From: Gammaproteobacteria bacterium
Lineage (GTDB): Bacteria > Pseudomonadota > Gammaproteobacteria > Steroidobacterales > Rariloculaceae
Reading direction: 5' to 3'
DNA: 64,000 bases
NCBI GenBank assembly: GCA_022826245.1
Contig: JAJDVG010000046.1
Span: 5,523-69,522, forward strand
Both the position numbers and the translations under genes were made by a program. The notes beneath the pieces are model-generated. The model had not been told where the DNA came from. It searched no databases and was given only the letters and a program-made list of their open reading frames with translations. Shown here piece after piece: positions 37,449 through 46,649 of the stretch (its first letter is position 1; each line of letters begins with the position of its first letter).

Positions 37449-40400
37449 CGGGATTCGGCTGTCCGCCCACGACCTCATGCTGTTCACCGCGTGTGCTCAC
37501 GCTACGCGTCTCGACATGGCCTGGCTCGAGGGCGATGAGGATCTGATACCGGTCGAGGACAACGAAGTCAGCGTTCTGCTGCAGCAGCACGGCTTCCGGC
37601 ACGAAGCCGCCTACCTGTCCCGGCTCGAGGCCGAGGGCAAGAGCGTAGTCCGCATCGATACGGAAGGCGCAACCTTCGACGAGGCTGTCGACGCCACCAG
37701 AGACGCCTTGCACTCCGGGCCGGACGTCGTCTTCCAGGCCGCGCTCGAAGGAGGCATGTGGGGCGGTTACGCGGATTTCCTCGAGCGCGTCGCCGAGCCG
37801 TCCCGACTCGGGGCGTTCTCCTACGAGGTCGCGGACACCAAACTCAAGCACAACCCGGTTCCGAGTCATCTGCTTCAGCTCGTGCTTTACTCGGACCTCG
37901 TCGCCGAAGTGCAGGACCGCACGCCGGAACGTGCGTACATCGAACTCGGCACGGGCGAACGCGCCGGCTTCCGGCTCTCGCAATATGCCGATTACGCACG
38001 GCTCGCCCGCGACCGTCTCGAACGGTTCGTGCATAAGCCTGCGAAGACGCGTCCGGTGCCCTGTTCGCACTGCGAGATGTGCCGCTGGCGCGAGCGCTGC
38101 GCCGCCGAGTGGCGCGACTCCGACAGCGTTTTCCTGATCGCGGGAATCTCGCGAAGCCAGGTCGCCAAACTCGAGGCGGCGGACATCGGGACGGTCGAGG
38201 CCCTGGCGGGAAACCGGGCGGCGGTACCCGGGCTCGCCGACGCAACAGCCCGAAAGCTTAAGCTGCAGGCACGGCTGCAACACCTGCGCAAGACGGGCAA
38301 GCCGCATTTCGAGCTCCGCCCCCCCGTACGCGGCAAGGGGTTCGATCTGATGCCGCGGCCGGACGACGGCGACCTTTTCTACGACATCGAAAGCGATCCG
38401 TTCCGCTCCGAAGCCGACGCCGTGGGTCTTGCATTCCTGCACGGTGTGTGGGACGGGGAGGATTTCACCGCGTTCTGGGCGCACGATAACGCCGGGGAAC
38501 GGCAGGCACTCGGCACGTTGTTCCGGCGCTTCCACGCGCACTTCCAGCGCCACCCGAACGCGCACATCTACCACCACGGCACGAGTGAGGTGACCGCGCT
38601 ACGCAGGCTCGCCACGCGCCACGGCGTCGGCGAGACGACGCTCGACCGATGGTTCCGCGAACGGCGCTTCGTGGATCTCGCCGCCGTCGTGCGCAGCGGT
38701 CTGGTGATCTCCGAGCCGTCCTACGCGCTCAGCGACCTGGAGGCCATCTACGATTCATCGGACGTGCGCGAGGCGAACGCCGACAGCTCTGCGCTCGTTC
38801 AGTACGAGATCTGGCGCGAAACGGGCGACGAAAAGATCCTTGCGGAAATCGGGGAATCCGTTCGCCTGGAATGCCGTTCCGCCGAGAAGTTGCGCGACTG
38901 GCTGCTCGGCATCCGGCCCGAACGGCCCTGGCTTGAAGTCGGGGCGGGCGAGACGACGGCATCCCTGCGGCGGCAGGCCGACAACCGGTCGCTGGTGGCG
39001 CGCCTGGACGCTTCGGATCTGCCGAAGGACCGCAAGCGGACGCTCTACAACCTCGGCGTCTACCATTGGCGTGAGAGCAAGCCGCAGGCATGGTCGGTCT
39101 TCGACTCGACGGCCAAGGATTTCGACGATCTCTGCGACGATCTCGAATGCCTCGCCGGTCTCGTTGCGACCGATGTGCCGGACGACGGTCAGGACACTGG
39201 TTTACGGGACCGCGAATTCGCCGCGGGCGTACGCAGATACAGGTATCCCCCGCAGGAAACCAAGCTGCGGGAGGGCCGGATCGCGCGGTTCGAGAGCAGG
39301 GGAAGTTTCGAGTCCGTGGAGATCGCCTGGCTGGACCGGGACCGGCGCGAGGTCGGCTTGAAGCCGGACTCGCGTTCGGGCGCATTCCTGCCGGACAGCC
39401 TGGATCTTCTCCCGGACTTCGCCCTGAACGCGCTGGCGATCCCCGGGGCAATCCGCAAGGTCATCGCCGATCAGTGCGCACGGCGATCGAACCGGGCGGC
39501 CGACGATCTTCTCGCGCGCAGCGCGCCCCGATTCCGCGGTCCATCGCCGCTGCCGCTCGACCGCGACGCCGACGCGCTCGACGGCCTGATCGCTGCCGTG
39601 CGCGCCCTGGACCGGTCCGTGCTGCCGGTTCAGGGTCCGCCGGGCACCGGCAAGACCTACGCGTCGGTACGGGCAATCCTCGCGCTCGTCGGGGACGGCA
39701 AGCGCGTCGCGGTGGCCTCGAACAGTCACGAGGCGATCCGCAACGTGCTGATGGGCTGCGCGCGCACGCTTGCCGGCGGCAAGGCCGACGCCGGCGCCGC
39801 GGCCGTCAGCATCGTCCACAAGATTTCCCGCAAGGTCCGCCTCCCGGCCGAGGTCCGCAAGGCCATCGTCTGCGTGACCGGCAACAATGATTCATCGATC
39901 CGGACCGGCGACATCGTCGGTGGAACGGCGTGGCTCTTCTCGCGAGTCGAGTTGCATGGCGCCTTCGACTACCTCTTTGTCGACGAGGCCGGACAGGTGT
40001 CGCTGGCCAATCTAGTCGCCATGTCGAATGCGGCGAGGAATCTCGTTCTGATCGGGGATCCGCGGCAACTGCCGCAGGTCGTGCAGGGCACGCACCCATA
40101 TCCGGCGAACCTGTCCTGTCTCGACTGGGTGCTCGGCGAGGGCCGGAACGTCGAACCGGATCGCGGCGTCTTTCTGCCCGAAACGTGGCGGATGCATCCG
40201 GATCTCTGCGACTACATCTCGTCCCAGTTCTACGAGGAGCGGCTCCGAAGCCATCCATCGACGGCGTTACAGGCCGTCGACGCCCCGAATCTGCCGGGCT
40301 CCGGTGCCTGGTGGATGGCGGTTGCGCATGAAGGCCGCGCGCAGGTCTGTCCCGAGGAACTCGATGCGATACGGGCCGCCATCGGGCGCCTGCTCGAGGG

Positions 40401-40812
40401 GACGTGGACGGACCGGCACGGACTGACGCGCCCGATGCGCAAGAGCGACGTCATCGTGGTCGCTCCGTACAACGCGCAGGTCAATCTGCTTGCCGATGCG
40501 TTGACGGGCATCCGCGTCGGCACCGTCGACAAGTTCCAGGGCCAGGAGGCGCCTGTCGCGCTCGTGTCGATGACCGCATCGTCCGCCGACGAAACCTCCG
40601 TGGGACTCGACTTCCTGCTGTCGCGGGAACGGCTCAATGTCGCCGTGAGCCGCGGCCAGTGCCTGAGCCTGGTCTTCGCATCGCCGCGGCTGCTGCATGC
40701 GCGTTGCGCGACGGTCGATCAGATGCGACTCGTCAACGCACTTTGCGCACTGCCGGATGCGCGCGCGGAGCGTACAGGGACGTATTCACCGCGTGTCTCA
40801 AGCGACCGGTAG
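37432..40812 (+). CDS. fused Cas4-like 4Fe-4S PD-(D/E)xK nuclease (TM0106/RecB-like) + RNase-H-like domain + SF1 Upf1/Dna2-like helicase
   Basis: The N-terminus has Cys20 (FTACAH), GYADF...YEVADTKL (D...D-x-K) and CSHCEMCRWRERC (38062-38100). A helix-hairpin-helix-like GISRSQVAKLEAADIGTVEALA follows. LFYDIESDP is a DxE exonuclease-like block. The C-terminal helicase has GPPGTGKT (about 39634-39657), LFVDEAGQ, LIGDPRQLPQVV, VVAPYNAQV, TVDKFQGQEA and RLNVAVSRG. Confidence 0.85.
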   Translation: MRRDAGGIRLSAHDLMLFTACAHATRLDMAWLEGDEDLIPVEDNEVSVLLQQHGFRHEAAYLSRLEAEGKSVVRIDTEGATFDEAVDATRDALHSGPDVVFQAALEGGMWGGYADFLERVAEPSRLGAFSYEVADTKLKHNPVPSHLLQLVLYSDLVAEVQDRTPERAYIELGTGERAGFRLSQYADYARLARDRLERFVHKPAKTRPVPCSHCEMCRWRERCAAEWRDSDSVFLIAGISRSQVAKLEAADIGTVEALAGNRAAVPGLADATARKLKLQARLQHLRKTGKPHFELRPPVRGKGFDLMPRPDDGDLFYDIESDPFRSEADAVGLAFLHGVWDGEDFTAFWAHDNAGERQALGTLFRRFHAHFQRHPNAHIYHHGTSEVTALRRLATRHGVGETTLDRWFRERRFVDLAAVVRSGLVISEPSYALSDLEAIYDSSDVREANADSSALVQYEIWRETGDEKILAEIGESVRLECRSAEKLRDWLLGIRPERPWLEVGAGETTASLRRQADNRSLVARLDASDLPKDRKRTLYNLGVYHWRESKPQAWSVFDSTAKDFDDLCDDLECLAGLVATDVPDDGQDTGLRDREFAAGVRRYRYPPQETKLREGRIARFESRGSFESVEIAWLDRDRREVGLKPDSRSGAFLPDSLDLLPDFALNALAIPGAIRKVIADQCARRSNRAADDLLARSAPRFRGPSPLPLDRDADALDGLIAAVRALDRSVLPVQGPPGTGKTYASVRAILALVGDGKRVAVASNSHEAIRNVLMGCARTLAGGKADAGAAAVSIVHKISRKVRLPAEVRKAIVCVTGNNDSSIRTGDIVGGTAWLFSRVELHGAFDYLFVDEAGQVSLANLVAMSNAARNLVLIGDPRQLPQVVQGTHPYPANLSCLDWVLGEGRNVEPDRGVFLPETWRMHPDLCDYISSQFYEERLRSHPSTALQAVDAPNLPGSGAWWMAVAHEGRAQVCPEELDAIRAAIGRLLEGTWTDRHGLTRPMRKSDVIVVAPYNAQVNLLADALTGIRVGTVDKFQGQEAPVALVSMTASSADETSVGLDFLLSRERLNVAVSRGQCLSLVFASPRLLHARCATVDQMRLVNALCALPDARAERTGTYSPRVSSDR

Positions 40813-40826
40813 CGCGACTCGCCGCA
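40758..40826. repeat. half copy of the palindromic element seen at 5072-5180
   Basis: 64 of 69 nt are identical to 5116-5184 (TGCGCGCGCGGAGCGTACAGGG..GTATT.ACCGCGTGTCTCAAGCGACCGGTAG.GCGACTC.CCGCA). The left 29-nt arm is absent. Confidence 0.8.
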
Positions 40827-40975
40827 TGCTGGCGGTGACATATCCGCGCTAAACTTGCGCGCGCGCTTCATGCCGCGCGGCGATTCGACGTTCGGACGGC
40901 TCCGTTCGCGGCGGCCCGATACACCGCACGGAGCGCAGGCAGAACAACATGATTATCGGCACGCGAGGGTAAGCG

Positions 40976-41965
40976 ATGAATGTCTACGAGGTTGTCACCG
41001 GAAGCACGAGCATCGATGGACTGCGGCGCGCGGAAAGGGCGCGGCCGGAGCCCGGAGCGCATGAAGTGCTGGTCCGCGTCCGGGCCGCATCCCTGAACTT
41101 TCGCGACATCGCCGTGGTCCGGGGCAAGTACATTGGCGGGCCGTTGCGACACGACACGATCCCGTTGTCCGACGGGGCGGGCGAGGTCGAGGCCGTGGGC
41201 GAGGGCGTGGAAGGCTTGGCCGTCGGCGACCGCGTCGTCGCCACGTTCATGCAGGGAAACCCGCCACTGGCGCTCGGTTCGCCGCTCGACGGAATGCTGA
41301 CCGAGTACGTGTGCCTGAACGCGAACGGCCTGTTGCCTATCCCTTCGGACCTGTCCTTCGAGGAAGCCGCGACCTTGCCCTGCGCCGCCGTGACCGCCTG
41401 GAACGCGCTGACCGAAGGCAAGACGGTGCGTCCCGGCGACACCGTGCTGACGCTCGGTACGGGAGGCGTTTCGCTGTTCGCGCTGCAGCTCGCCAGGATG
41501 GCCGGCGCGCGCGTCATCATCACCTCATCGAGCGACGACAAGCTCGAGCGGGCGAGGGCGCTCGGCGCCGACGAGACGATCAACTACAAGCGCGAGCCCG
41601 ACTGGGACCGTGCCGTGCGCGGACTCACCGGCGGCCAGGGGGCGGACCACGTCATCGAACTCGGCGGTTCCGGCACCTTGCCCAACTCGTACAGGGCGGT
41701 CGGCCCGCGCGGCGAGATCGCGCTGATCGGCGTGCTGACCCTGCCCGACGGCGACCTGAGCCCGCACGCCATGATGTTCAAGGGCGCGACGATGCGCGGC
41801 ATCTTCGTCGGCGACAAGGCGCTCTTCATGGGCCTGAACAGGGCCATCGAGGTCAACGGGCTCAAGCCCGTGATCGACACGGTCTTCGACTTCGACGACG
41901 CGGTTGAAGCTTACAACTACCTGCGGTCAGCGCAGCACTTCGGCAAGGTCGTCATCAGGATTTGA
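40976..41965 (+). CDS. zinc-type (MDR) NAD(P)-dependent oxidoreductase / quinone-reductase-like
   Basis: HEVLVRVRAASLNFRDI...; GTGGVSLFALQLARMAGARVI Rossmann block. 329 aa. Confidence 0.85.
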   Translation: MNVYEVVTGSTSIDGLRRAERARPEPGAHEVLVRVRAASLNFRDIAVVRGKYIGGPLRHDTIPLSDGAGEVEAVGEGVEGLAVGDRVVATFMQGNPPLALGSPLDGMLTEYVCLNANGLLPIPSDLSFEEAATLPCAAVTAWNALTEGKTVRPGDTVLTLGTGGVSLFALQLARMAGARVIITSSSDDKLERARALGADETINYKREPDWDRAVRGLTGGQGADHVIELGGSGTLPNSYRAVGPRGEIALIGVLTLPDGDLSPHAMMFKGATMRGIFVGDKALFMGLNRAIEVNGLKPVIDTVFDFDDAVEAYNYLRSAQHFGKVVIRI

Positions 41966-42066
41966 CGGCGCGGAGCCGCGAGCGGCGACCGCGATCCATC
42001 GTCGGTCGATCGGCCGTATTCGGCGCGGCGGTCGTCCGGCCGCTGCCGCGCGCCGTCGGTGTCCGT

Positions 42067-43245
42067 TCAGGTACCGGGCACAAGCGACAACTTCGGGTCC
42101 GCGATCAGGCACTCGGCCTCGGGCACGCCGAGTTCCCGGCGCACGATGTTCGTGCCCTGCACGAGCGCCGCCATCTTGTACAGGGCGTGCCGCCGGCTCA
42201 TGCCTTCGCGTCCCATCCCGCAGTCGGATGAAATGACGAGACGCTCGGCGGGGACGTGCTTGAGCGCTTCGCGAATGTGATCGGCCACGGCATCGGGGCG
42301 TTCGACCTGCAGCGAGTGATGATCGATCACGCCGATCGTCACCTTCATGTCGGTAATGCTCTCGCCGATCGCCGCGAGGTCCATGCCGCCTGAACTCACC
42401 GATTCGAACGTGATCACGTCGGCGTCGACGCGGTTCAGGATGTCGAGAGCGGGCTTGTAGGTCTGCACCTCGGCGAACATGCGCTGCTGAGACGGATTCC
42501 CCCAGCAGGTATGGCACCAGACCTCGGTCTTGTCCCTGAGCCCGCGGACGGTGTTGTTGAACACCTCGAGCATGTACTCGGGATTGATGACATCGTCGAC
42601 GATGCCGCGCGCGGCGAGCAGGTGGACCTGCGGCTCCTCCATCTGGATGACCGGGCAGCCGGCGTCCGCGAGCTCGTGCAGCTCCTCGTTGAAGGCATCG
42701 CTGATCGCCCAGATGCGCTCGCGGATGTCCTTGTAGTGGAAGTCCTGGACGGCGAACGCGACGAGTTCGGGCGTCACCGTACCGAACTTGACGGGATTGT
42801 GCGTCATCCTCTGGGCCGCTTTCCACATCTCGGCGTATTGCAGGTCGCCGCGCCCGACCGGGCCGACGATGCTCGGCATGATCCGCGCCTCGATGTAGTC
42901 GTGCAGGATGTGACCGCGCGGAAAGGCGATGCCGCCGCCGCCCGGAGGCGCCGCCTTCGGGATGCCGTCGAAGCCCGCCATGTGAAACGGTGGATAGCTC
43001 GTCCAGCTCTGCCCGCCGATGTCGGCGGTGAAGCGCACATCGCCGTCACTGAAGATATCGAGCCCGGCGATGGTCTGCTGGTTCAGATAGACGGCAAGCG
43101 CATCCTCGTACTGCTCGCGAAAACGTGTCTCGACCATGGCGGCGAGAAAGGTCTTCTGGCCGAGGTTTTCCGTATACCAGCTTGGCCGCGGTAGCGAGCC
43201 GGTGATGGTCGTGGGTAGAATCGTGTCCGCCGTTGCTGCCAGCAT
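42067..43245 (-). CDS. cobalamin-independent methionine synthase II (MetE C-terminal-like) family protein
   Basis: LPTTITGSLPRPSWY...DGDVRF...H.CWGN...SSDCGMGRE zinc-ligand-type blocks. Confidence 0.75.
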   Translation of the reverse strand: MLAATADTILPTTITGSLPRPSWYTENLGQKTFLAAMVETRFREQYEDALAVYLNQQTIAGLDIFSDGDVRFTADIGGQSWTSYPPFHMAGFDGIPKAAPPGGGGIAFPRGHILHDYIEARIMPSIVGPVGRGDLQYAEMWKAAQRMTHNPVKFGTVTPELVAFAVQDFHYKDIRERIWAISDAFNEELHELADAGCPVIQMEEPQVHLLAARGIVDDVINPEYMLEVFNNTVRGLRDKTEVWCHTCWGNPSQQRMFAEVQTYKPALDILNRVDADVITFESVSSGGMDLAAIGESITDMKVTIGVIDHHSLQVERPDAVADHIREALKHVPAERLVISSDCGMGREGMSRRHALYKMAALVQGTNIVRRELGVPEAECLIADPKLSLVPGT

Positions 43246-43304
43246 TGTTTGGCTACTCCCTGAGATGAGTCGTCATCGAAGGTGCGTATTCTAAGGAGAT
43301 TTGC

Positions 43305-44504
43305 ATGGATTTGGGTCATGGCCTGGGTCTCTTGACCTATTCGACGCTCGTGCATCCGGGCGATACCTGGCCGGAGATGTGGGACAGCCTCACGACCTAC
43401 GTGCCGCAGGTCAAACAGCGCGTGTCGCCGAACGATCCGTTCGGCGTGTCGCTGCGCATCTCGGCCGCGTCGGCCGAAACGCTGACCAGCGACGCCGCGG
43501 AGCGCGAACGGCTCAAGGCATTTCTCGCCGACAACGACATGTACCTGTACACGGTCAACGCGTTCCCCTACGGGCCGTTCAAGAACACGATCGTCAAGGA
43601 ACAGGTCTACGAACCCGACTGGCGCAGCGACGAGCGGGCGGTGTACACGATGCAGGTCGCCGACATCCTCGCCGAGGTTGCGGCGCCCGGCATCGAGCCG
43701 ACGATCCAGAGCCCGCCGCTCGGCTTCAAGCCGCGAGTGACCGGGCCGGATGTCGTCGCGGCGTTCACGCGGCAGGTGATCCGCGTTGTCGCGCATCTGG
43801 TCCGGCTCGAGCAACGCACGGGACGCACGGTGCGCCTGGCGCTCGAGCCGGAACCCGCCTGCTTTCTCGAGACGACGGACGAGGCCCTCGACTATTTCGC
43901 GAACCACCTGTACGCGGCCGAAGCGCAAGCCTCGCTGGCCGCGCAGACGGGCCTGGCGGAAGCGGACGCGGCAGCGGCGCTGCGCAACCACCTCGGCATG
44001 GTCTACGACATCTGTCACCAGGCCGTCGAATACGAAGACATCGGCACTTCGCTCGGGCGTCTGGCGGATGCCGGCATCCCGGTCTTCAAGCTGCAGGAGG
44101 CAGCGGCCGTGCGTGTGCCCGAGGTCACGCAGGCGACGGTCGGCGCCCTGCGCCGCTTCGCCGACACGGTCTACCTGACCCAGACCGTCGAGCGCCGCAA
44201 CGGCGAACTCACGCACTATCTCAACCTCGAGGACGCGTTCGACGCCTGGGACCGGGATCCGGGTCCGCGCGAGTGGCGCACGCATTTTCACGTGCCGGTG
44301 TTTCTCGACGATCTGGGCGATTTCAAGACCACACGCTTCGCCATCGAGGATGCGCTCGAGTTCCACAGGAACAACAAGCTGTCGCCGCATCTCGAGATCG
44401 AGACCTACACCTGGGACGTGCTGCCGGAGCACCTGAAGACCGGCGACATCGTCGACTACGTCACGCTCGAAATCGAGTGGGTGCGCGAGCAGCTTGGCGC
44501 CTGA
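43305..44504 (+). CDS. xylose-isomerase-like TIM-barrel protein, EboE-like
   Basis: YSTLVHPGDTW...LYTVNAFPYGPFKNTIVKEQVYEPDWRSDERAVYT...matches my recollection of the EboE family signature (NxFPYGxF...VKExVYxPDW). Recalled from memory, not verified. Confidence 0.55.
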   Translation: MDLGHGLGLLTYSTLVHPGDTWPEMWDSLTTYVPQVKQRVSPNDPFGVSLRISAASAETLTSDAAERERLKAFLADNDMYLYTVNAFPYGPFKNTIVKEQVYEPDWRSDERAVYTMQVADILAEVAAPGIEPTIQSPPLGFKPRVTGPDVVAAFTRQVIRVVAHLVRLEQRTGRTVRLALEPEPACFLETTDEALDYFANHLYAAEAQASLAAQTGLAEADAAAALRNHLGMVYDICHQAVEYEDIGTSLGRLADAGIPVFKLQEAAAVRVPEVTQATVGALRRFADTVYLTQTVERRNGELTHYLNLEDAFDAWDRDPGPREWRTHFHVPVFLDDLGDFKTTRFAIEDALEFHRNNKLSPHLEIETYTWDVLPEHLKTGDIVDYVTLEIEWVREQLGA

Positions 44505-44551
44505 GCACAGCACGCCGCAACAGCCTCGAATCAACCTGGGAGAACGACATC

Positions 44552-45427
44552 ATGGACGTTGGTTTCATAGGGCTTGGCCGCATGGGCCAGGCGATCGCCG
44601 GACGCCTTCTCGACGCCGGACACGATCTGGTCGTCTACAACCGCACGCGCTCGAAGGCCGACGACCTCGAGCGGCGCGGCGCGACGGTCGCGCAGGACAT
44701 CGCCGGCGCCTGTGCGGGCCGGGACGTCGTCTTCACAATGCTGACCGACGACAAGGCGCTCGATACGGTCGTCGGCAGCGGTCTGCTCGATGCGCTGGCG
44801 GAAGGCGCGATCCATGTCCCGATGGGTACGCACAGCGTCACCGCGCTCACGGAACTGGCCGAAACGCACGATGCCGCCGGGCAGGTGCTCGTCGCGGCCC
44901 CGGTGCTTGGCCGACCCGACGCCGCGGCTGCCGGGCAGCTCGGCGTCGTGCCCGCGGGTCCCGCCGACGCGATTGAGAAGCTCGCGCCGCTCTTCGACAT
45001 CATCGGCAGGCGCACTTTCGTGGCCGGAACGAATCCCGCGGGCGCCGCGGCCGTCAAGCTCGCCAACAACATGGTGCTCGGCTGCGCGATCGAAGCCATG
45101 GCCGAGGGCTTCGCGCTGACGCGCAAGTTCGGCGTGACGCCGGAGGTGTTCAACGAGGTGCTGACCGACGGGCTCTTCGCAGCACCGGCCTACAAGGTCT
45201 ACGGCGGGATCATCTCGAACGAAGCCTACGATCAGGCAGGTTTCACCACGCTGCTCGGCCTCAAGGATTCGAACCTGATTCTCGCCGCCGGCCACGCGGC
45301 CAGCGTGCCGCTGCCGAGCTGCAACGTGTATCGCGACCGGCTGCTCGGCGCCGTGGCGCAGGGCGACGGCGAGCGGGACTGGGCCGTGATGGCACGCGTT
45401 CAGGCGCGCGCAAGCGGCCTGGAATAG
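44552..45427 (+). CDS. NAD(P)-dependent oxidoreductase, 3-hydroxyisobutyrate/6-phosphogluconate dehydrogenase-like
   Basis: MDVGFIGLGRMGQAIAGRLL Rossmann N-terminus and the AAAVKLANN block. Confidence 0.85.
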   Translation: MDVGFIGLGRMGQAIAGRLLDAGHDLVVYNRTRSKADDLERRGATVAQDIAGACAGRDVVFTMLTDDKALDTVVGSGLLDALAEGAIHVPMGTHSVTALTELAETHDAAGQVLVAAPVLGRPDAAAAGQLGVVPAGPADAIEKLAPLFDIIGRRTFVAGTNPAGAAAVKLANNMVLGCAIEAMAEGFALTRKFGVTPEVFNEVLTDGLFAAPAYKVYGGIISNEAYDQAGFTTLLGLKDSNLILAAGHAASVPLPSCNVYRDRLLGAVAQGDGERDWAVMARVQARASGLE

Positions 45428-45451
45428 CGGTTTCGAGGGAGGAAGGAACTC

Positions 45452-46477
45452 ATGATCAATGCCGGCATCGTAGGTCTCGGATGGTGGGGACAGACGCTCG
45501 TTGAAGCCGTATCCGGCGGCAGCGACAAGATCCGCTTCGTCGCCGGCGCGACCCGTACGGTCAATGCCGATGTCGAGCGCTTCGCGGGCGAGCACGGTTT
45601 CGCGCTCAGGGAGAGCTATGAAGACCTGCTGGCGGACCCGAACGTCGATGCCGTCGTGCTCGCGACGCCGCACTCGATGCACGTCGAGCAGGTCGTCGCG
45701 GCTGCCGCGCAGGGCAAGCACGTCTTCTGCGAGAAGCCGTTCGCGCTGACGCGGGCCGGCGCCGAGCGGGCGGTAGAGGCCACCGACCGGGCCGGCGTCA
45801 CGCTCGGGCTCGGTTACAACCGCCGCTGGCATCCGGAAATGGTCGCACTGCGCGAGCGCATCGCCTCGGGCGATCTCGGCGTCGTTCTGCACGTCGAGGC
45901 GACGATGACGTTTCCGAACGCGCTGTATCTGAAGCCCGATGCGTGGCGCGCGAACCGCGAAGAGACGCCGTGCGGCGGGCTCACGCCCATGGGCGTGCAC
46001 GCTGTCGACGGCATGATCGATCTCTGCGGCGACGTCGACGAGGTCTATTGCCAGAGTTTTCGCCGCGTGGTGGAGGTTGATGCCGACGACACCACGTCGA
46101 TCCTGTTCCGCATGAAGGCCGGCATGTCCGGTTATCTCGGCACGATGACCGCGACCGGCGGCGGCTTCAACTTCCAGGTCTACGGATCGAAGGGTTTCGT
46201 CAAGCTCGAGGGCATGACGCACGTCGCGGGCGCGCCGTCGGAGGAACGGCGCACCAGGCTCTTCGGCAACTGCACCTTCAAGCCGGCCAAGGGTCCGGCC
46301 GAGACCTGGCAGGCCGAACGCTGCGACCTCAGCCGCGCCGTGCTTGAAGCATTCGCGGCCGCGGCCGAGGGCGATGAGCCGTTCCTGATCCCGACCGACC
46401 AGATGATCCATGGCGCGGCCGTGACCGAGGCCATCATCGAGTCGGCCGCATCGCAAGCGATCACGAAAGTGGCTTGA
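45452..46477 (+). CDS. Gfo/Idh/MocA-family oxidoreductase
   Basis: MINAGIVGLGWWGQ...VVLATPHSMHVEQV...GKHVFCEKP blocks. Confidence 0.85.
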   Translation: MINAGIVGLGWWGQTLVEAVSGGSDKIRFVAGATRTVNADVERFAGEHGFALRESYEDLLADPNVDAVVLATPHSMHVEQVVAAAAQGKHVFCEKPFALTRAGAERAVEATDRAGVTLGLGYNRRWHPEMVALRERIASGDLGVVLHVEATMTFPNALYLKPDAWRANREETPCGGLTPMGVHAVDGMIDLCGDVDEVYCQSFRRVVEVDADDTTSILFRMKAGMSGYLGTMTATGGGFNFQVYGSKGFVKLEGMTHVAGAPSEERRTRLFGNCTFKPAKGPAETWQAERCDLSRAVLEAFAAAAEGDEPFLIPTDQMIHGAAVTEAIIESAASQAITKVA

Positions 46478-46649
46478 GCCGTCCGCCAGGCCGAGTCGGC
46501 CGCATCGCGGCGGATCGCCATCGGGGTTTGAGCCGTCCGCCGTCCCGGCCAGCCGCGGCGACATTCCGTATACATCGTCGTTGTTCGCCGGGCGGTGCAC
46601 CAGTGTATATTTGACGGCGACCCGGCCGGACCAAACGAGGAGAACGACG

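Noticed and set aside
44531-46600. 689-aa minus-strand ORF
   Set aside because: It is antisense to two dehydrogenase genes that have clear Rossmann motifs, so it is a shadow ORF.
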